Shown here: positions 63,243 through 64,000 of the stretch, piece after piece
How the letters are laid out: each line of letters starts with the position of its first letter
Numbering within the stretch: the stretch's first letter is position 1
NCBI RefSeq assembly: GCF_001194135.2
Contig: NC_068982.1
Location: 96,714,734 to 96,778,733, forward strand
From: Octopus bimaculoides
Taxonomy: Eukaryota
Length of the DNA: 64,000 bases
Direction of reading: 5' to 3'
Translations under genes and position numbers: made by a program
The notes under the pieces: model-generated
Databases searched by the model: none
What the model was told of the DNA's origin: nothing
The model's input: only the letters and a program-made list of their open reading frames with translations

Positions 63243-64000
63243 CAATAACTGTAAATATAAATACCATGTGAGAGGGATATGGCTCACCACTAATCTGGGG
63301 TGGGTTTCCATGTAACTGTCAAGTGCTTCCTTAGTATGATATAAAGGGCTGTATTCACATCCTCCCATGGACAAAACATGCAGTAAAGACTATCAAGGGA
63401 AAATATCCTTCATTTCTTTAAAAGTTCGTTCACATTGTCGCACTATCCGGTAAGTGAAAGCCACTAAAAACTAAATTTAAAACCATTACCAAACTGTCAG
63501 ATTGTCAGTGAAATGAAGAGTGCAGTTCTTCATTGATGAAAGACATTTCTATCTAGTGCAAGCTGATAATATTAAAATATAAAAACTGGACATACATACA
63601 AAATAAGGTGTCCAAAGCGACAGATTTATATGACAAGCTGCCATCACCAACCATTTTCATTATTTTTACGTTTTTATTTTTTACTCCATTAAATGCATAA
63701 ATCCTTTTGAAGGATAAAATGAATTCAGATTGAGCCATGAAAGTAGATTGTAGTTAAGAGGCTTTGGGTTATTGCATGCACGAGAAATGAGATGATGGTA
63801 TCAGTTCAGATATGGAAGAAATTAAGCAGACATAAAAGCTATTGAAAAATACAGAAATAGAGAAAAATGTAACAGCAATAGAAAAATTGAAAAAAAAAAA
63901 AAAAAGCAAAAAGAGAGAGGGGGAAGGAAGGAGAGAAAGAAGAGAAAATTAAATAAAAAAAAACTGCAAAAAGTATATAAAAAAAAGGAAAGCAAACCAA

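Noticed and set aside
63240-63620. Possible mariner-like 5' fragment
   Set aside because: No TIR pair or catalytic motif could be identified.
53410-64000. Search for a second gene downstream (e.g. ORFs 54487..54723, 55518..55772, 56100..56288)
   Set aside because: No recognisable domain or convincing exon chain by eye; short exons of a neighbouring gene cannot be excluded without homology search.

Overview
AT-rich, repeat-dense animal genomic DNA, most likely from Octopus or another coleoid cephalopod (inferred from the SINE repertoire). The window holds nearly all of one + strand gene, AP-3 adaptor complex subunit beta (AP3B1/AP3B2/ruby ortholog). I reconstructed 23 GT-AG exons by hand from 2388 to the stop at 52400 (3124 nt, about 1040 aa, phases consistent at every junction); the first coding exon lies upstream of the window. 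Introns and the 3' flank hold decayed mariner, Tigger/pogo and maT-type transposons, CR1/L2-like LINE fragments, at least four short-retroelement/SINE families, five TTAA-flanked MITEs and microsatellites. The most striking unexplained structure is three ~310-322 bp foldback elements (21.9 kb, 33.3 kb, 45.7 kb). Each has a 12-13 bp flanking direct repeat, a short stub and two inverted arms, and every arm carries a minimal hammerhead-ribozyme motif of the Penelope-like-element type. One sense-strand copy (33533-33568) has an intact catalytic core. A second oddity: five TTAA MITEs from four unrelated families are all 214-226 bp. All alignments were done by eye; no database searches were run.
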